Positions 38,220 to 45,741 of a DNA stretch of 45,741 nt are shown one piece after another (within the stretch, counting starts at the first letter, position 1; each line of letters begins with the position of its first letter). This stretch comes from Octopus bimaculoides. Lineage: Eukaryota. The stretch is taken from assembly GCF_001194135.2 (NCBI RefSeq), contig NC_068999.1, positions 20,127,817 to 20,173,557 on the forward strand, read 5' to 3'. A program made the position numbers and the translations under genes. The notes beneath the pieces are model-generated. The model searched no databases and was not told the origin of the DNA. It saw only the letters and a program-made list of their open reading frames with translations.

Positions 38220-39840
38220 CGACCGTTTCGAGCGGCTCTATTTAATTGAACAATGCAATCATTACATCAATTTAAATACAGGGCTATCCTCAGCTGCGTA
38301 AATAAATAGAATTTTAATATTGGACACATTAATATAATTTTACTCAAATTCTCTAATAGAACAAGAAGAGGAAAAGAGTCCATGTTGCTGCTAATGTAGC
38401 TAAGAGTATACTACACTTCTAAAAACTACATGAAGTTTGTTAGGGTCATAGCTTGTAAAGGATTGTGGTTCATTTTTTGAATTTATTAGTCTTATTTTAT
38501 CATCCACCATATCTAAGACTGGAGGACTATGTCTGTTTAGAATGGAGGGCAGGAGTGAGTTGACATTTTACAGTTGGGTATGGTCATAAATATTATCAGG
38601 ATTTTAGGATTTGTATAAGGAGCTGTCTATAAGACCCCAAATCAAGATGTTAATTACTAGTCAAAGGGACAAGACGTTAATAAAACCTATGACGTTAATA
38701 CAGATGAAATTATCATGGGGTACTACGCAAGATTGCATATAAACAATATTTTGATGTTGTGTAAAGATAAAATTTAAGATTACTAAAAATGATATTATAA
38801 CCAGAATAGATAATATGAGTATATATGTATAACAATTTCGAACATTGGAAAGGGAAGATTACATAGAATCGGTTTAATATTCATTCCTGTACTTAATTAT
38901 TTACTTATTAGGTGTTTTCTATAAAGATTTCTCTGGGCATTTACTTATAGAATACCGGGGCGATAAATCATGCTATATTTATATTAATTATAAGCTAAGA
39001 ATAAAAAAAAAATCGGACAAATTAGTTCTGCACAGATACATACATATATTTAACAATGTGCACACATGCAAATATACACAAATATTTGTACTTTATTATG
39101 GGTATATTATAATCAACTCTCATAAACTTAAGTAACAACGTTACTTAACTTAACTAGTTAAGTAAGAACATTAATGACTTAAAAGAGAAAAGAGGTTAAT
39201 AGGTAAAGGGATCAAAATAAGACAAAAAAAAAGAAATTATAGAGAATAGTAAGAAAATCTATGACTTTTTATATATAATACTTGGGGCTAGGTTCACATC
39301 AGATACAACAGTTGACTTCCCTTATGCAGGGAAATTTCGAAAATGTTTAAATGTACAGGTGACCCTATGTACGCAAGATATCCTGAGGTCTAATCTGTTA
39401 TTAATCAGGTTGCTTCGGTCCTTATATTTAAATTCCATTAGTTTCCATAAATCACAGCTTGCACCCGTATCAACTATCTCTATAAGGCTGTGCTTTCCTT
39501 ATAATATCCCATTTAAGGCAAAATTCTATTCCGCTTTCCTTCAGTTCTCAAATCTTGCTAGATACGGACGTACAATTGACCTAATGTTTGAGATGAAAAA
39601 TGGCTATTAATACGCTCTTTCCTATTTATTGAACATCCTATATATACATAGTTACCAGCTACAATTGTGATTGCACACTTATAGATTACCTTCTTGTTCT
39701 ATTAGAGAATTTGAGTAAAATTATATTAATGTGTCCAACTGATTAAAATTCGATTTATTTATGCAGCTGATGATAGTCCTGCAAATAAACTGATGTAATT
39801 ATTGCATTGTTCAATTAAATGGAGCCGCTTGAAAAGGTCG
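38220..39840. mobile_element. Non-autonomous TIR DNA transposon with TA target duplication (Tc1/mariner superfamily-type)
   Basis: 55-bp inverted termini, 38220-38274 versus 39786-39840, match at 50/55 and start CGACC. TA flanks both ends (38218-38219, 39841-39842). No transposase was recognised inside. Confidence 0.8.
39345..39600 (-). mobile_element. Penelope-like element GIY-YIG C-terminal fragment
   Basis: Minus-strand translation ELKESGIEFCLKWDIIRKAQPYRDS*YGCKL*FME, then NLINNRLDLRISCVHR. This matches the PLE pattern W.I+.KA.PY....C.LC..EK...NL+N.R.E...CRH. Confidence 0.62.
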
Positions 39841-40191
39841 TACTGCATCATCTCTTGATATCCTGTTGCTTATTTAGATTTTATTCACCTCACTTTGAGT
39901 TGTACGGATAATAGCGCACTGACTTGGTGGTTGAACTTAAGTACCTAATTCAACTGAATCTCAACTATTTCTCATATANNNNNNNNNNNNNNNNNNNNNN
40001 NNNNNNNNNNNNNNNNNNNNNNNNNNNNNNNNNNNNNNNNNNNNNNNNNNNNNNNNNNNNNNNNNNNNNNNNNNNNNNNNNNNNNNNNNNNNNNNNNNNN
40101 NNNNNNNNNNNNNNNNNNNNNNNNNNNNNNNNNNNNNNNNNNNNNTATATATATATATATATATGTATGTATATATATATATATACATACA

Positions 40192-40227
<36 letters not shown>

Positions 40228-40614
40228 TATGTATATATATATATATAGAACGCACACAGTGTAATGCGGTGAATATTTCAGAAATAACTGATTATGCGTT
40301 GGGTCCAGCTGATTAGCTTAAGTATATTTTACATACACAAAGCAAAATCTACACATCTTGGAATATACGCATTCTTAGTTACGTATTCCATGCAGATAAG
40401 CCTGTCTCTGTTATATTTATCACATCCACTGCGTGTATTTTTTTTATAGTGAGTAAATTGAGGTTTAGAGCAATAGCAATGTTCATAGCAAGTGGTAGTT
40501 CAACACCCTTCTGTATTTTATCTATGGTTTTCCTATATATGTGTAAACTTGCTAGGCACTGTATTATTTACATTATTATTACCAATGTTAATGATAATCA
40601 TTTGCTCGTTAATT

Positions 40615-41400
40615 ATTTGCTCTGTATTGAAATTATTTTCTCACTGTTACCTGCCATAATTCGAAGCAAAACGAAAAAAGTTGCAGCGCAGACTTCAACA
40701 TGACGTGCTGAGGCGCTTTATCATGGTAACGCGTGCTGAGGAAGCTGAGGCTATTATGCCAGTCGAGAAACCGGTCCACGTGAGTCCATATACTTGAATG
40801 TATGCTGAGAGTTTGTCATAGCATTTTTGCATTCGGACTGTTGATTTCTGTAGATATTATCAGAGTATTTTGACGATTTCAATAAGAGTGTTGACTGCTA
40901 TTTCCAGCAGGTAGACATACTTAGTATGTTCTTTGATTAAATTTAATCCTTAAGTTATTTAATGCTTTTTGGGGGCCTGCAGTCGCCTATATCATTGATT
41001 CTGTTATTACCATTTTAAAATTGTTACCCTAAATAATAAAAGAGTCAATATCTTCGCAAATTATTTCTCATAGATTATTTTATTTGCCCCGTATTGAAAT
41101 TATTTCACACTGGTGGCTGACATGATTCGGCGCAAAACTGATCAGTTGCAGCGCTGACTTCAACATGACGGCGTTGGGCTCTCTATCGTGGTAACGCGTG
41201 CTGAGGAAGGTGAGGATATTATGCCAGTCCAGAAACAGATCCACGTGAGTCTAGGTACTTGAATGTATGCTGAGAGATTCTCTGAGCTCGTTTGACTTCG
41301 GACGGTTGATTTCTGTAGTTATTATCAGTGTATTTTGGCGATTTAAATAAGAGTTTTGACTGTTATTTCCAGCAGGTACACATACTGTATTATGTCCTTT
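40615..41400. repeat. Diverged tandem duplication, period about 465 bp
   Basis: 40681-40920 versus 41146-41385: 34 substitutions in 240 bp and no gaps. Similarity extends to about 40615/41082. Confidence 0.92.
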
Positions 41401-42735
41401 AGTTAATTATATATATATATATATATATACACCCTATTCATTATGCGTACTACTCCACCTCCGGTATTTGAGTAATAATTTTTCCACCTTATTTCACATT
41501 TTTGTGCTTACTCACTCTCTCTCTCTCACACACACACACGCACATATATATATATATATGTGCGTGTGTGTATATATATATATACACACATATANNNNNN
41601 NNNNNNNNNNNNNNNNNNNNNNNNNNNNNNNNNNNNNNNNNNNNNNNNNNNNNNNNNNNNNNNNNNNNNNNNNNNNNNNNNNNNNNNNNNNNNNNNNNNN
41701 NNNNNNNNNNNNNNNNNNNNNNNNNNNNNNNNNNNNNNNNNNNNNNNNNNNNNNNNNNNNNNNNNNNNNNNNNNNNNNNNNNNNNNNNNNNNNNNNNNNN
41801 NNNNNNNNNNNNNNNNNNNNNNNNNNNNNNNNNNNNNNNNNNNNNNNNNNNNNNNNNNNNNNNNNNNNNNNNNNNNNNNNNNNNNNNNNNNNNNNNNNNN
41901 NNNNNNNNNNNNNNNNNNNNNNNNNNNNNNNNNNNNNNNNNNNNNNNNNNNNNNNNNNNNNNNNNNNNNNNNNNNNNNNNNNNNNNNNNNNNNNNNNNNN
42001 NNNNNNNNNNNNNNNNNNNNNNNNNNNNNNNNNNNNNNNNNNNNNNNNNNNNNNNNNNNNNNNNNNNNNNNNNNNNNNNNNNNNNNNNNNNNNNNNNNNN
42101 NNNNNNNNNNNNNNNNNNNNNNNNNNNNNNNNNNNNNNNNNNNNNNNNNNNNNNNNNNNNNNNNNNNNNNNNNNNNNNNNNNNNNNNNNNNNNNNNNNNN
42201 NNNNNNNNNNNNNNNNNNNNNNNNNNNNNNNNNNNNNNNNNNNNNNNNNNNNNTATATATATATATATATATTTGTCCATGCATAAGTATGCATATATAT
42301 GCATATGTGTGTATTTTATCTGTATATAAAATCTGTTTTCGGAAAAAGCATTATGTGTATTTGAAGAACATTACGTATATAACAGGATGATTTAACATCA
42401 AAAGTTTCACTAATACATAGATATGTAATCACATCTCCTTTATAATAGTAAGAATGTTTAATAAGATTCTATTAAATGCTATTGCACTCACACATGCTGC
42501 AATAATGAGATCTGAAGCGTAGTTATTAAGGTTTATATAAAAGAATTACACATGACTTATACAGACAATTTAACAACTGCTGTAGGTCTGACAGTGCACT
42601 TTCCTTTATATTATAAAAAAGGAAAACGATATATGCTACTATATGAATAGAATATTTATTTTAAAAGCCTTTTAGTTACCACCGAGACTTTGCTTTAGAA
42701 CAAACTATGTAAATAATACGCACACACACACACAA

Positions 42736-42737
<2 letters not shown>

Positions 42738-42787
<50 letters not shown>
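42738..42787. repeat. (TA)n microsatellite
   Basis: Seen directly. Confidence 0.95.
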
Positions 42788-42792
<5 letters not shown>

Positions 42793-42946
42793 GTAGTATA
42801 TTGCCACTTAAGTGTGGCTGACCCCTAGGGGTGGATGTTACTGTTGCTTTTAGCCCCAGGAGGACATCTCCTCCAGCTGGCTTATCGACACACGACTGTG
42901 TCCTGTTTGCCAAGGGAAGTTATCCCTCTCACCTCGATCAGCAGCA

Positions 42947-42991
42947 CGAACGTATCCGGATTTCAGGGTTATTTCCCTTCGTCGGCGTTCG
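42947..42991 (-). ncRNA. Minimal type I hammerhead ribozyme (U4C core variant, palindromic stem III)
   Basis: Minus strand reads cgaacg CCGACGA aggg-aaataa-ccct GAA atccggat A cgttcg. Stem I is 6 bp perfect, stem II is 4 bp with an A-U closing pair, stem III is the palindrome AUCCGGAU, and the triplet is AUA (predicted cut between 42953 and 42952). Confidence 0.75.
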
Positions 42992-43056
42992 ACAGCTGAT
43001 GACCTTGGTGAGAGAGAAAAAACCTGGCAAACTTATATCTTCTTTTCCAGTGAAAT

Positions 43057-43395
43057 TCTTCACTGATATTGAAAAGGTGAAAACAAGAAATGTTAATTCT
43101 CTAAATGAAGTATTAACAGTAACTGCACGATAAAGTGTAGTATATTGCCACTTAAGTGGATCGAATATATATATAATGGATCGAATTCAGCAGAGAATCT
43201 TATGGATCACTGTTTCTCAAAATACAATATACACTCTGAAATACAGACTAGTTTGTTTTAGATATCAGGGTATATCCATTGATTTACCTAATCCGCTTAA
43301 GTGGCAATATACTACACTTTATCGTGCAGTTACTGTTAATACTTCATTTAGAGAATTAACATTGCTTGTTTTCACCTTTTTAATATCAGTGAAGA
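43057..43395. repeat. 104-bp inverted repeat (3 mismatches) around a 131-bp spacer
   Basis: 43057-43160 versus the reverse complement of 43292-43395. Confidence 0.95.
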
Positions 43396-43849
43396 TATAT
43401 ATATATATATATATGTATATATAAACATTTATATTGATTTATATTTATATATAAGCATTTATATTGATTTATATATGCTGTCTGTGGGTGCATCCATGCG
43501 TGCATATATGTGTCTATACGTAGCTTATAGAATATGGGTGCGTATGTGTGTATGTGTGTGTACATAGACAAAGAGAGAGAGGGAGGGAGAGAGATGCGAG
43601 GAGATGGTTTGATAGGTGACATATATAACGAAATATGTTTACCTTAATACATAACATTGTACACGAGTGACATTTCAATACACATATTGAAATAAATACT
43701 TAGTTTATGCAAATATTAAATGCAAATGAAAAAAAATATCATACATAAAACAAGTATTAATCTATCCAGATTTTATGTCACGATACAAAAAAAAGCATAT
43801 AGTATAAAATGTACATAGAATGTTCTGCTTTATGTTGAATAGGATTACT

Positions 43850-43972
43850 GATTAGGTAAATCAATGGATATACCCTGATATCTAAAACAAACTAGTCTGT
43901 ATTTCAGAGTGTATATTGTATTTTGAGAAACAGTGATCCATAAGATTCTCTGCTGAATTCGATCCATTATAT
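43850..43972 (-). repeat. Exact 123-bp inverted copy of 43171-43293
   Basis: Base-by-base comparison gives 123/123 identity. Confidence 0.95.
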
Positions 43973-44049
43973 TTTACTATATTAAAATATTTTGATAAGT
44001 AGTAAGGTTACAAATATATAATTGCAATGCTAGTAGAATTTGGCGACCA

Positions 44050-44430
44050 AATACATACGCAGAGGATGTTGTAATATTTATTTATAGTGATCAAATATTT
44101 GTTCTGCACCTTAGCTCACAGACTGTATGAAACTGAAATCTCTTTGTATTATGGGCATATCTAGTGACAGGGCCTGCCCGAGTGATTGTGGGCATGTCTA
44201 AAAGGGCTATTATGAACAATAGTGTCCCACAGAAGACTTTCCTGGGGGACACCATTAAGGATTTGAGTTTCCTCGGAAACGGTGACATTTGCTGCAACAT
44301 GACTTCTGTTTTTAAGGAATCCATTCAGGCACTCTCCCAGTTTACTAGCAACGCCAAGGTCTCGTAGCTTATGATTTATCATGCCATGATCTACCTTATC
44401 AAATGCTTTTGCGAAGTCAAGTTATATGTG
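44050..44430 (-). mobile_element. CR1/L2-group LINE reverse-transcriptase fragment
   Basis: Minus-strand translation: LDFAKAFDKVDHGMINHKLRDLGV...FLKNRS...NGVPQESLL, a frameshift, GTLLFIIALLDMP, then RYAHNTK (a decayed YADDTK). Confidence 0.88.
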
Positions 44431-44601
44431 AATTTTGCTACCCTGGTATATATTTAATTTTTTCGTGTTATGTGTACACATTGAAAAAATGAACATACAT
44501 ATACATTTATGTATATATATATGTTTATGAATGTATATTTATGTATATATATGTATGTATTTATATGCATATATATGTATCTATATGTATGTATATATGG
44601 G

Positions 44602-44658
<57 letters not shown>

Positions 44659-45107
44659 ATGCATGTATGTGCATATAGACTCATTATATGAATGGGTGTG
44701 TTGAAGTATATTCTGATGTGTTTGGGGAGAATCATTCTCTTTTAGAGCCATATAATTTAACAAACTCACTGGTAAAGTTTCCACTCATTTACTTATTTAT
44801 TTTTCAAAACTTCTCATTGCGTCTTGCAACCGTTTCAATAGTTGCCGACTCTCTCTCTNNNNNNNNNNNNNNNNNNNNNNNNNNNNNNNNNNNNNNNNNN
44901 NNNNNNNNNNNNNNNNNNNNNNNNNNNNNNNNNNNNNNNNNNNNNNNNNNNNNNNNNNNNNNNNNNNNNNNNNNNNNNNNNNNNNNNNNNNNNNNNNNNN
45001 NNNNNNNNNNNNNNNNNNNNNNNNNNNNNNNNNNNNNNNNNNNNNNNNNNNNNNNNNNNNNNNNNNNNNNNNNNNNNNNNNNNNNNNNNNNNNNNNNNNN
45101 NNNNNNN

Positions 45108-45169
<62 letters not shown>

Positions 45170-45667
45170 CACGAAAGCAAATGAGTTAAATACGTAAACG
45201 AAGAGAGAGAAAAATGGAAACAGGAGAAATAATACAAAGAATACATAGAACAACACTTCATCAGATGTCGGCTGTCTATTTACTACCCATGTTGAACAAT
45301 CAACGACAATATGAATCTAAGAAGACAGTAACTCTCATGAATGCAAAAATAAAATTTTGGATTTATGGAGGATAAAAGCTGGGAACAAAAACAGGTCAGT
45401 TGGGACATACAAGGAACCCAAACGAAAACAAACATGGAGGGTCGTTAGCCCAGAAAGAGGAGAAAATAGTGAACACTGAGTGGAATATTTTCTTTGAAAA
45501 GAGAAAATATACAATAGAACGTCCGTGTAGGAAAAGAAAGATGTACGATGGTCACATGTCAGCAACGAGAGATAAAAAAGAGAGAGAGGGAGAGAGGGAC
45601 AGGTAGATGATAGTGAAAGGAAGAAAAAGGGAAGAATAGGAGAGAAAACAGTATAGAGTAGAGTCGC

Positions 45668-45700
<33 letters not shown>

Positions 45701-45703
45701 ATA

Positions 45704-45741
<38 letters not shown>

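Noticed and set aside
40736-40790. CUGAGGA...GAAAC...GUC as a hammerhead in the 465-bp duplication
   Set aside because: The 10.1/11.1 positions are A.A, and stems I and III do not pair consistently in either copy.
42815-42900. HDV-like ribozyme in the structured block
   Set aside because: P1/P2/P3/P1.1 nesting could not be built on either strand.
42996-43030. CUGAUGA...GAAA on the plus strand next to the minimal HHR
   Set aside because: No closing stem II pair and no stem III or stem I.
44808-44858. Minus-strand GAAAC-GGUU fragment resembling an HHR 3' half
   Set aside because: The 5' core would lie in the N gap, so it cannot be assessed.
45255-45275. Minus-strand CUGAUGA in a probable interspersed repeat
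   Set aside because: No downstream GAAA or stem II. The repeat family (about 45170-45600) could not be supported from this window alone.

Overview
AT-rich, microsatellite-dense animal genomic DNA with about 16 assembly gaps. The SINE families and repeat landscape look like an octopus (cephalopod) genome; this is recognition, not a search result. No host gene can be identified. Nearly all ORFs in the supplied track are microsatellite or N-gap artefacts, and the real coding traces are decayed transposons: a mariner transposase, RTE and CR1 LINE fragments, and Penelope-like fragments. At least four tRNA-derived SINE families are present. The main finding is three different hammerhead-ribozyme (HHR) motifs, all on the minus strand. 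(1) A diverged tandem repeat at 16721-17330 in which each unit folds into a type I HHR with a long, co-varying stem I, with cleavage sites 344 nt apart. This is the architecture of a non-LTR retrozyme (circRNA-producing element). (2) A fully paired minimal HHR with a palindromic stem III at 42947-42991. (3) A decayed minimal HHR at 33481-33516. The window also holds several fold-back or template-switch rearrangements and a TA-flanked 1.6-kb TIR element. All pairings and alignments were done by hand; no folding or database search was run.
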